DNA of 64,000 nt. It comes from Octopus vulgaris (lineage: Eukaryota). The position numbers were made by a program, and so were the translations under genes. The notes below the pieces were generated by a model, which saw only the letters and a list, made by a program, of their open reading frames with translations, was not told the DNA's origin and ran no database searches. Location: NCBI GenBank assembly GCA_951406725.2, contig OX597826.1, positions 66,154,001-66,218,000 on the forward strand, in the 5' to 3' direction. The first letter of the stretch is position 1; each line of letters opens with the position of its first letter. Shown piece by piece: positions 52,654-64,000 of this stretch.

Positions 52654-52775
52654 CTTTTCTGAAGCAGTTTCCAAGATCGCTTCTCAATCTGAATAAATAA
52701 TAAGACAGGTACACCAGTTGCAGGCAGACCTTTGGAAATATCAAATACATGGCTAGAAATTGGTGAAGTTATTTC
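52654..52775 (-). CDS. Chimeric gene, exon 3: transthyretin/HIU-hydrolase domain start (EITSPISSHVFDISKGLPATGVPV)
   Basis: TTTTGCAG acceptor (phase 0), 122 nt, GTAAGA donor (phase 2). Matches HIUase SP.STHVLD.S.G.PA.G. Confidence 0.85.
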
Positions 52776-55772
52776 CTGCAAAATAATGTTGTTATGTAAA
52801 GGAATTAATGAGAATTGTAATGGGAGAAAAAAAGAAAGGGAGATATATGAAGAACTGAGAGGGAAATGAACAAAAAGAGAGAGAGAGAGAAAAGGGGAGG
52901 AGGAAAGGATGGAGAGAGAGCAGAAAAACAAAGAGAGGGGTGAAAATTGAAGTCTAAAAGATAGAAAAAGAGAATTAAAAATGAAAGAAATGTCATTTAT
53001 ATTTCTTTTACATCCATTTTCCCCAATCTTTTTATCCAATCTGAATTGGTTACAACGGGTATTTTTATAACCATTCTTTGCTGGGATAATTGGATACGAC
53101 AACCTAAAACACATTCGACCATGAAATAGCAGTGGAGCCTGTTTAGGTTTGGTTTGCTATCAAGGTGAAACAGAGTTATCTACCTTGCTCAGGGATATAA
53201 CACAAGCTGTCGTACAGTTTCATATACCTATTTCTTTACTACCCACAAGGGACTAAACACAGAAGGGACAAACAAGGACAGACAAACGGATCAAGTCGAT
53301 TATATCGACCACAGTGCGTAACTGGTACTTAATTTATCGACCCCGAAAGGATGAAAGGCAAAGTCGACCTCGGCGGAATTTGAACTCAGAACGTAGTGGC
53401 AGACGACATACTGCTAAGTATTTCGCCCGGCGTGCTAACGTTTCTACCAGCTCCATCGTCATCGCATCAATATCATAATCATATCCACTTTTCCACGCTT
53501 GCGTGAGCTGGAAGGAATTTGGTGAGGCAGATGCCATTCCTGTTGCCAGCTTCCACTTGTTTCCAAGCAAGATTAAATTTCCCCATGGCCAGACATATTT
53601 TCACAGAAGACTAGACACGAAATAACAGTGACACGAAATAACAGTACAGTTATTGCGCAATGTCAAAACAAGGAAACACACACACACACACGCATACATA
53701 CGACAGGCTTCTTTCAGTTTCCATCTACCAATCCAGTCACAATATATCAACATCGTTTTCACGTCCACTCTTTCATGCTTGCATGGATCGGACAAAATAT
53801 TGTCAAGGTAGATTTCTATGACCAGATTCCCTTCTTGTTACCAATCCTCATCCGTTTCCAAGTAAGATAATATTTCCTCAAGTCCGCGGAGCACAATCAG
53901 CACGAGTGCCAGACATGATTTCATTAAAGGTTACAAAGGAATTACACTACTTGTATCGATATTATGAGAATAATTTCCTCTCTTCTATCCATTTGTTCAC
54001 CCCCTAAATTATCTCTAGGCCTGAATATTTGCAACAAAGTAGATTATATGAATGGCACCCAAGGACCAAGAAGTGGTGTTAAACCAGGGGTTACAGACAG
54101 GAGCGGGCATAACTGTTTACCAGGCTCCTTTGAATGTGTTAACATATAGAGTGCAGGCCCCTCAGACAGTGTCCGATTGACCGACTGCTCAGTCCAGCCC
54201 TGGTTTCAGATGAAATTTACCAGCCGAGAACAAGGAATGTTTCTTATCACAGGCTTCCACAGTTTTTGTCCAGTAAATTTCAACCATGGGGTCTTGCTTT
54301 ACCTATAGTTATTGTAGAAGACAATTACTTACAGTGCCATACAGTGAGATTGAACCTGAAACCATATAGTTCCAAGGCAAACTTCTCAACCACACCTACT
54401 GCCATTACCTCTATTTATCCCCCACTGTTTCCCACCACCCCTGTACCTCTCACTTAATCCCTGGCAATGTGCATCTCTCTTGCATTCTACCTCTGCACAT
54501 TTTGTATCATCTGTACTGCCACTTTTTACCCTCGCCTCCAACTGATATTTGACAGAGCACACCTCTGCCTGTGTTCACTACTCACAACATTCCTCTCTAT
54601 CCCCATTTCTAACCATCTGCCATTCTCCTTTCACACTCACACAAACCTACTTAACTACCCATTCACCCTGTCCAATCCTCTGAATCACTCCTCTTACATT
54701 CGCTCTTCCAGTAACTTCTTTTTCCCAACTAAGGCAACCATGTATCTCCCCTACACCAAGACACCTGATCCTGTCTTTCTATTGTACTTTAACTTCTCAT
54801 CACCTGGCATAAAACCACCTGTTTCAATACAACACCTCCCTCATTTGAAAGGCGGTGTCTTGCAAGTTCCTTAGTGACCTTACTGGTGCCAATGTCACGT
54901 AAAAAGCCTCTACAACTCTCTGTAAAGTGGTTGATTTTAGGAAGGGCATCCAGCCATAGAAACCATGCCGAAGCAGACACTGGAACTTGGCACAGTCCTC
55001 TGGCTCACCAGCTCCTGTCGAACTGTCCAACGTATGCAAGCATAAAAAAGTTATGTGCTGTGGAAGGATTCTGATCCCCCACCCCCAAATAACTAAAAGG
55101 TGGACTGACTCATTGTTATAAAACAAAGAACTGTGTGCAATTAGCAGTTGGTGTTGGTAGCAGTTCATAGTGAGCCTCTGATATAGAGTGTTGAGTCTTG
55201 TGTAATAGTAAGAGTAGTGTGGTGTCTAAATACTTTCTCCCCCCTGCTTCATAAAAAGCACCATTTGAGCGTGGTCATTGCCACTGCCATCAGAGTGGTC
55301 CTGTACTGGTGACACAAAAAAGGCACTATTTGAGCGTGGTTGATGCCAGTGCTGTCTAACTGGCCCCATGCCAGTAGCATGTAAAAAGCACCATTTGAGC
55401 GTGGTTGATGCCAGTGCCACCTGACTGGCCTTGTGCTGGTGGCACATGAAAAAGCATTTACTATACTCTTGGAGTGGTTGGTGTTAGGAAGGGCATCAAA
55501 CTGTAGAAACCTTACCAGATCACATTGGAGCTTGGTGCAGCCTCCTGGCTTGCCAGTCCTCAGTCAAAACGACCAACCCATGCCAGCATGGAATGCGGAC
55601 ATTAAACAATGATGATGATGATGAAAACAAGGATATAAAACTATGTTAAATGGTAATGATGACGACGATGATGATAGTAATGACAACCAGGCCTATCACA
55701 GATCTGCTGATATTAAAAGACCAAAGAAAAGCAAACCGGAAGAGAACCAGAAGCACAAAAATGTTAATATAC

Positions 55773-56214
55773 CATATCTCGTGTCCCTCGTTTCTTTTTC
55801 TTTGTGTGGCCATCATTACAGTTGATGATGTTGTTGTTGTTATTATTGATATTGTTATTATTATTATGAATGTTGTTGTTGTTGTGGTTAACCATGTTGC
55901 TGGTGTTGTGATTAAGTGGAGGGCTGAGTTCTTTTTTGCGTTTGGCTTTCAAGTTGTTAATGTCCCTCGTTGTTAGCTGTTTGCCAGTCACATTGCATAT
56001 ATACTCTCGGATGTTCTTGGTCTTCATTCCAATGTCTATTAGCCGGTATGTCTCCGTGAGGACGTTGGGCGACAGAGACTGCCTGCGGTTCTCAGGGTAC
56101 ATGTGACCCAGCATCTGATGCGAGTGGTTTAAATTGATGGATCGTATCACCATTCTCTGCTTCTCTCGGTCAACTGATGCAGCAATTAGAGCAGGACATC
56201 CAGTTTTATATGTT
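55773..56214 (-). CDS. Chimeric gene, exon 2 (KTYKTGCPA...NLNHSH zinc ligands, helical segment, poly-N, KKKKR)
   Basis: TTTCAG acceptor; AA+A=Lys restores RPNQKTYKTGCPA; 442 nt ending ATG|GTATAT (phase 0). The unspliced alternative stops at 55764. Confidence 0.8.
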
Positions 56215-58083
56215 CTGAAATTCAAAAGGGAAAACAGGTTATTGTTGTTGTGGTTGTTGTTGTTGTGGTGGTGGTGGTGGTGGTGGTGGTGGTGGTGCTG
56301 CTGCTGCTGATGATGATGATTATTATGATTATTATTATTATTATTATTATTAAGGCAGTGAGTTGGCAGAGTTGTTATCATGCTGGACGAAAAGCTCAGT
56401 GGTATTTCACCCATAGCCACATTCCGGGTTCAAATTCTGCTGAGGCTGATATTGCCTTTCATCCTACATGATAAATTAAGTACCAGTGAAACACTGGGGT
56501 CAATGTAATCAACTTGTCCCCTCCCCAAAAATTTCAGGCCTTGTGCCTTTAGCAGAAAGGATTATTAATATTATTATTATTATTATTCAGTAGTCTTTGT
56601 GATTATTGTAAATGAGTATTTCCAATATTCTCTGAAAACCGTCTGGCCATGGGGAAATATTACTTTATTTTGGAAGTAGGTCGGAGTTGACAAGAAGAAG
56701 GGGTATCTAACTATATAAAAATCAATAAACTCTGTTCGACCCATACAAGCAGAGAAAAGAAGGTGTTAAAACGATGACGATTCATATTACACTTGCATGG
56801 AGTGGAGTGTGATGCAGTGGTTGAGAGAGGAAATCTCTTTTATGGTTTATTGTCTGAACTACTTTCGTAACTTGAGAAGCTTTCACTACGATTGTAGCAG
56901 TTGAGAGAGTGAGTTGAATATGGTTCATATGCTGAGGTGGCGTTTTCTTAACAGTATAACACAAACTCCAGATTGGAGACATGCAGTAACAATTAAGGTC
57001 GGGTGGAAACTTCATATATGATAATTGGTTACAGATTTTGGCTCAAGTCCAGCAGTTTCGGGGAGGAGGCTAAGTTGGTTACATCGACTCTAGTACGCAA
57101 CTGGTATTTATTTTATCGACCTCGAAAGGATGAAAGGCAATGTCGACCTCGACGGAATTTTAACTCAGAATGTCCAGGCGGACGAAATGCTGCTAAGCAT
57201 TTTGTCCGACGTGTTGACGATTCCGCCAGCTCGCCGCCTTGTTTACATATGATAATAAAGATCCTTTTTTTTTTTTTTTAAACATTAAGCACAAACTGAA
57301 GACAAGTGTGGTAACAGACCAGGTTTAGTGAAACGAGAGTTCATATAATTAGTGGCCTTTCCTAACATAAAACCCAGGCTAAATAAACATTAGGCGAGGT
57401 AACTGATCTGGACGAAAATGAATGAAAGATTATCAAATATGCCGATCTTTCCAAACATTAACACTAGAATGAAGAGAATGGTGATAACGCAATGTGAAAC
57501 AAATCAAGCCAGAATCAACATACCTAGGATCAAACACATCTAGAACCATTCTGTCGCTCACATTATTTAGACATAGTGTGTACAGGACTACGTTATCGTA
57601 CTTGTCCTTTTTTTAAAAATAATTCCATTTTGCCAATGTTTGCATTTACTATTTGATAACACAGATAACAAATTAGTTTCTTTCAATTTACTGTTTCACT
57701 TCTATATGTATGGTAGCTATCTGTTTACATACCTGCGTATCTATGTACTAATCATAAATAATATCCACCAGCCTTTCCACACATACATATAGCAACATGT
57801 CAAAATGATAATAAATGTATCTGCCTGTCTACATAACTATAGATTACAGATACACACACAACAACAACAACACATAACTATCTACAACATTTGAAAGGCA
57901 TTCGTAGAAAATTTCATCAAAACAAATATCCATTTTTTCAGAAAATTATTAGAAAACAGTGTTGGGTGTGAAGAACACACGTCTGTAATCACATACACAC
58001 ACAGTATTGACAATAAAACCTTATATCGACACTCATTCATCGTTTTAAGGATAAAGTCAACAACGAGTGATTAACGACAGGTA

Positions 58084-58158
<75 letters not shown>

Positions 58159-58590
58159 CAGAGAGACAACAGACAGAAATAGATTGATCGAGAAGAAGAA
58201 AACACCACATGAGATATCTCCCACTAAAAAGAAAAAAAAATCGTGTGTGTTGCAACTACATGGTTCCAGGTTCGATCCCACTGCAGGGTATTTTAGGCAA
58301 GTGTATTCTGTCTGATATAGCCTTGGGTTCACCAACACCATCGAATGAAATTTGCTAAACGGAAACAGCGTCGGAACCCATCGGAGGAACCGATCTTGTT
58401 TTGTATGGAAGTGTGTGTGTGTGTTTATGTTTATGTTTACGCTAGTCTAAAACCGGTGTTGCTTATGTTGTGTCGCTTTATGTTCCGTAACTTAGCAATT
58501 CAACAATAGGGATTGATAGACGAAGTACGGAGGTCGATATGATAATTGAAACCAGTAAAAGAAAAGAATATAAAGAAATGGAGGAAATAC

Positions 58591-59195
58591 TTTTGGTTGG
58601 GTCGTATCCCAGGCACAGTCCGTCGTCTCGAGTAACCAAACTGTTTACAAACATATTTGACGTATTTGTATTTGAACTTCTCGTCTAAAGGTTCAACTTT
58701 GACACATCGGGATCGGTTAGCTTTGGCAATTGTTTGACAGTCATGGATGGTGAACACAGCATTTGTCAGCTTACAGACAGCTGCTATAGCAGAAGACAGG
58801 GCAGAAAAGTCTTCGAACTCGTCCCCAGCATTGAGTAAATCTCGACAGGCTTCGTTTGCCCCAATCTCAATCAGGGCTTTGCTCACAAGTAAATCCTCGC
58901 TGATTTTGTCCGAGCTCTGCTCGTGTTGATGTTGTGGTTGATGGTGGTATTGCTGTTGTTGATGATGATGTTGGTATTGTTGCTGATGCTGCTGCTGTTG
59001 TTGTTGTTGCTCTTGTTCGAGTGTGGTTGTAGTCAGGACAGTGGCCGCCAGAACGTCAGCGGCCGAGGTGGATGACAGTTGCTGTTGTGGTATGACCACC
59101 AGTTCGGTGACTGCTGTTGGAGTTGCAGTCGACTGTTCGGTGGTGAGAAGGCTTACACTCTCAGCCACTACATCTTGCTCACCTGTCGTTGCCAT
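58591..59195 (-). CDS. Chimeric zinc-finger/transthyretin-like gene, exon 1 (T/Q/H-rich N-terminus + first half of a ZSWIM3-N/FAR1-like domain)
   Basis: AAAGATGG start; GDEFEDF..L..AI...KYKYVKYVCKQFG...GIRPNQ; 605 nt; GTATTT donor, phase 2. Confidence 0.85.
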
Positions 59196-59348
59196 CTTTG
59201 CTTGGCCAGGGTCCAGGAAGAGCCCTGGTCAAGGTAATGCTTCCACTGAAGGTGCAAATAAGTGGCCTGGCTGTGAAACTGCTCCAATGATCAACCGGTG
59301 TGGAACAGGGATGAAGAGTTCCTCTTAAAGACATTAGAGAGAGAAAAC

Positions 59349-59400
59349 AAGAGTTATCCCACGTTTACTTCCGGTCCGTTTACAGCGCAACGTAACCGGG
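59349..59400 (-). promoter_or_regulatory. Putative promoter of the chimeric gene (GGGATAACT motif, ETS CCGGAAGT)
   Basis: AGTTATCCC at 59352-59360 and ACTTCCGG at 59367-59374, ~160-180 nt upstream of the ATG. Confidence 0.45.
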
Positions 59401-60719
59401 TCATTTCATCCTCGTTGTTTATTTTCTCCTTTTCTTCGTAAATTATTTTATTATTTGCTTGCAAGTTTTTGTAAATTACTTTTCTTTTTGCTTCTAAATT
59501 GATTTGTTTAAGAATTTTGTTTGTAAATTTTATTTAATCAGTGTGTGTGTGTGTATTATGTTTATAGATGTTGGTTCGAATCGCACGGACGGCCTTCAAT
59601 TTTTTTCTATCCAAAAGGACTTTTGACGCAATATATTTAGACTATTATTTATAGTTTTATGTGATTTGATAGCCACCATTCCCAATGATAATTAAAATAA
59701 ATTACTCATGTAATTAACTAATTAATTCTACTTAACTTGTTTGAAATTAATAAAATTAATTAATCGAAATCAGCATTAAAATTTTTTTTTTAATCAATAA
59801 ATCGAATTCATATCTGTAGGGAGAAAATACCTACGGTGTATAAGTGTATATGAATTTATATTTACGCAAAAGGCTTACCTAGGCTAATAACTTGAATAAC
59901 AAGATGTGTGTGTCGTACTTATTCATGTACTGGTGAAGACTGCTTGGCTGACGAAATCTAAAAAAGACTGAAACACGTCTAGAGTTGTCGCCTTTCTGCT
60001 CAAATCCCCATTTCGTTGCCCATATTCTATACTAGCTGAAATAACTGGAGTTACCTGAGTTAATGACTTACGGAATTAACAGTAACATCACAAAGCTCTT
60101 TATTTAACTTATCTTTTCGAGAAAAAAAAAACACTCGGCGAAAATTTGGACTAAAAACACTTTGTACACCTTTTTCTTTTCCTTTTAAGAATATATTTTT
60201 GTTTCATATATAAATTCCAAATATTTGTTTGTTCAATTCTGTAAAAATTTGTCCTCAAATTCAAATCTTTTGAATCCCTTTTCAGTTTCTGCTTAAACGT
60301 GATCCTTACCCTAACTCAAAATTGTAATCCTATGTGCTCACACGAAACCCTAACATTGAATGCTAACCTTCAGCGGAACGAGAATGAGTGTGATGTGAAA
60401 GATGTGTGTGTGTGTGGAGAGAGGGAGAGAGAGAGAGATGAGAAAAAGAATGAGTTTGGCTTAATCACAATTAAAGTTGTAGGATTAAGTTACCGAACGA
60501 TGGGAAGAAACCTTAATTCTGAACAGCCACAGCACGACAAGAAGGACAAGGAACCAGACAAGTTTTAAGTGGGTATGGAATGACGAGAAGGAGGTTGAAT
60601 TCCTACCCATTACTATATTCATCAATCTCATGAGTCAATCACAACCCAGGAATTGAACTCCCATCCACTTCTATATCCACCATTTAACCAACACTTATAT
60701 CCACTCACTTATCTGTATA

Positions 60720-63620
60720 GCAATTGGAAGTGAAAATTAAGACTCTTAAACCTAACTTTCCTACTGTTTTGTTGCAGGAGCAATACGCTACATGCACTTC
60801 GAATAATATGGACAGTTTTATGGTACAAAGTTTTTGTAGCGCTCCGGCGTTTTTTCACCGTTCTGCCTGATCTTGTGATTCTTTTGGAGGTTGGCGTGGA
60901 GCACTTCTCATGCGTCTGGCCATTATTTTGTGCTTCTGCATTGTTATCAGGAGGAGCATTTGTGATTTCTTTCCTTGAGTCAAGTTGAGTAACATGTTCC
61001 ATGGAGTTTGTAGGGTCTGTTGGATGGTTGTCTGGCAGGAATTTCCATCTAAGTGGTCTGTTTATACTATCTGTCTGTGCCTATGCTAGTATCTCTCAGT
61101 TCCCTTTTGTTTATCCGCAAATCTCCATGTGTTGTTTTCACAATGTAAGACCTCGGTTCTTTACATTGTCTTGCTTTTTCTCCAGGTATTCAACGTTTGT
61201 TGCTTTTTGTCCAAGGACCCGTACAGCTTGTCCTTTGTGCAACGGGGGTATTTCTATCTTTGCGTACTAATCATATGTAGTTTTCATTTCTTCAAGACGT
61301 TTTCTCTGTCTTTGAGTTACATGAGAATAGCTCCAGCATAATGGCACAAGTGTTGTGATCGGTCTGCTCAACAGGATCTCGACGGGTGGCGGCATCTTTG
61401 GGTTTAATGGTGTGGCTCTTAGATTCAAAAATGCATTGTTTATGTCTTCTTTGCTTTGTTCACATTTTTGGATTGTCTTTTTAATTGCCTGTACCTGTCT
61501 CTCTATGAATTCGTTTGATTGGGGTATCTTGATTATGTTGAATTCCCCATTTCTGTGTGAATTGCCGATATGGTTTTCCAGTATATTGAGGACCATTGTC
61601 GCTAAAAATGTCATCATGTCTGACGAAGAGAGAGACAGTCTTTTTGAATTCCTTTGCGACTGCTTTGCTTGTGGTCTGGCTGAGGTGAGTCACAATCGGA
61701 AATTTGGAGAAGTAGTCACAAATAAGCAGATAAGTTTCGCCGTTGATTTCAAATAGATCTGTTCCTAGTCTTTTCCATGGTGTTCTGGGAATGTCATGAG
61801 GTATCAGTGGCTCTCTGTTGTTGGTAGTTGCAAATTCTTGGCATATTTGACAGGATCTGCACATTTCTTCGATGTCTTTGTTGATGTTTGTCCACGAGCG
61901 TGAAGTTTGGTCTTATCTATCCCTTGATGAAAGGCATGGAGATGTACTAGAATGTCATGCTGTAGAGGTATCAACACTTGTGTCCCTTTGAAGATGATTC
62001 CATCTTCTACAGCCAATTCGTCTCAAAATGACCAGTATGTCTTTATACCATCTGGGACTTGTTTGATGTTGTCTGGCCACCCATAGGTGATCGTTTCCAT
62101 CAGTGTAGCCAAAGTAGAATCTCTGCTGGCGAACTCCTGCAGTTGGTAACCTTTGTTGATGGAAAAATCGGTAGATTTCTCCTGCAGTCAATTCAATCCC
62201 ATCCATTCTCCTCAAGCCCAGATCAATGCCTTCATTGTCTTCACGGCTTGGGAGGCGAGAGAGGGTGTCGGCCAATGTCATGTTATGCCCTGGGCGGTAT
62301 TTGATTTTGAAATCATATCCCTGAATTTTCTGGAGCATCCTTCGTAGTCGGGGTGGTGCTCGAAGAAGGGGCTTTTCTGCGATCACCTCCAGGGGTTTGT
62401 GGTCTGTGATGACGTCAAATAGTTGTTTGCAAAGGGATGTGTGGAAACGGGGTGATACCAAATACCACAGCCAGCATTTCATGATCGATGTTTGAGTAGT
62501 TTGACTACTGAGTTTTGTCAAGGGCTTCTGATGCAAATGCCACAGGTTTGCCATCTTCTACGATAGCTGCTCCGTGTCCTTTCAAAGAGCTGTCTACCTC
62601 GAGTCTTATTGGTTTTTATTTTTTTTTTAGTAAAAAAACCCGAGGTTTAATTTCTCTAGAATGGTTCATTTAAGTTTTCCAAAGCAGTGTATGTGATCTT
62701 TAGACATCTCAAATAGTATATTTTTCTTGAGGCGGTCCCTTAATGATTGTGCTTCCATGCTGAAGTTTGGAATGAATGTTGCTAGGTAATTCATTATTCC
62801 CAAGAATGTTTGCAGCTCTTCCTTGTTTTCTGGAACAGGCATGTTTTGAATGTCACAGACTTTTACTGGGTCTGGCCTGGTACCATCTTTGGAATAAATA
62901 TTTCCAAAGAAAGAGATTTCGGGTTGATGAATGTGGCATTTGTCCTAGCTTGAATACCAATCCAGATTCCTTTGCTTTTTCCATGAGTCTTTGTAAATTT
63001 CTGTCATGCTCTTCTTCATCTTGCCATGGACAGCGATGTCATCATTTATTGCAACAACCCCTGGGAGTTCTTCAATGATTTCATCCATTCTAGCTCGAAA
63101 GATATTGTGGAGATACATTTAGACCAAATGACAATTTAGTCCAACAATATCTTCCAAATGGGGTCCTGAAGCTTGTGAGTAGCTGACTTTCTTCATCCAG
63201 ATGAACAGATCGCTGAAAGTGCTAGAACCAGCAAACTGAGGGTTCAAGCTCTTCCACCGTTGGGATTTTGTGGGGGGGCATCTTTTCAATGCTTGATTAA
63301 GTTTTTGTGGGTCGATGCAGATGCGAAGTGATCTATCTTTGTTTTACGGAATATGCCATGCTTGAACACCAATCTGTATATTGTTTCACAGGCTTGATGA
63401 CACCCCTATTTCTTCCATCTTCTGGAGTTCAATCTTGGGCTTATGTTTCAGGTGAACTGAGCATTTCCGAGGTGGTTCAAAGAAGGGTTCCAAACATGCT
63501 TTTATGTATAATTATGCGGGTTCTTTGAAGCTGCCCAGGATGTCGAAAAGATTTCGGTACGTTTCTTTCAAGCCTTCGATTGTTCTGAAATCAGAGTTGA
63601 ATCCGTGACATGATCACAAT
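60720..63620 (-). mobile_element. Decayed Ty3/gypsy pol (RT, RNase H, integrase)
   Basis: Frameshifted motifs: TSFRTPFGRYC, VITDHKPL..APPRL.RML, YRPG..M.LADTLSR, H..HQGI.KT, C..CQ, PWKRLGTDLF, DYFSKFP, SDNGPQY, ERQVQ.IK, RATPL, TRSGR. LTRs not identified. Confidence 0.9.
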
Positions 63621-64000
63621 GTATTGCGATTAATTTCATTGTCTTACATGCTGGTAATCCGATTAATTTCGATTCGATATATTTATCTTGTTTTACCGCT
63701 GTCACCATATCGTGTCATACAAGCACTCCAATTATGCGATGCAGAGTGGTTGGTTGTCTACTTGACTGCTGCTCCCTTAACCACCGAGCTGACTCTCTTT
63801 TATCCGCGCCAGCGTATTTAACAATGTGAAACTAAGTTCATTTAGTTTCATATCATTACAAGTCCAATGCCAACTTGCTAAAGCGGTTATGAAAGGCTAT
63901 CAAAATCAAACACCCAGAAAAACTGATGAATGGGGGTCTTGTTTCATTAGGACAGTGGTTTTTCAACCAGGGTTCCGCCAGTACAGTCCAGGGGTTCCGC

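Noticed and set aside
59940-59990. Hammerhead-like CTGACGA...GAAACACGTC
   Set aside because: Stems I and II pair poorly; at best a decayed pLTR.

Overview
AT-rich, microsatellite-dense and repeat-dense eukaryotic DNA. The SINE/LINE complement points to an octopus (coleoid cephalopod) genome; this is inferred from repeat families. Three spliced host genes can be rebuilt by hand with GT-AG, phase-compatible introns. (1) The first three coding exons of an SGT1/SUGT1-like TPR co-chaperone (minus, 15210->4220; no further exons found in the window). (2) A complete nocturnin (plus, 40857-41034 + 42768-43597, 335 aa). (3) A five-exon minus-strand gene (59195->48122, 490 aa). Gene 3 joins a Mutator-transposase-type (ZSWIM3-N/FAR1/WRKY-GCM1-like) zinc-finger DNA-binding domain in frame to a transthyretin/5-hydroxyisourate-hydrolase domain that has lost the catalytic Arg and the YRGS signature. 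This chimera is the most unusual object in the window: a candidate domesticated, oligomerising or ligand-sensing transcription factor. SUGT1 intron 1 holds a ~5 kb RTE-clade LINE with an open 1037-aa ORF (APE + RT + PHD finger) whose YADD motif reads YADN. The rest is tRNA-derived SINEs, TIR MITEs with recognisable TSDs (hAT, piggyBac-like, pogo-like, 8-bp-TSD GG-terminal), Penelope GIY-YIG remnants with hammerhead-like pseudo-LTRs, CRE, Dong/R4, CR1 and RTE fragments, and a decayed Ty3/gypsy pol. A cluster of CRE/bZIP sites lies upstream of nocturnin.
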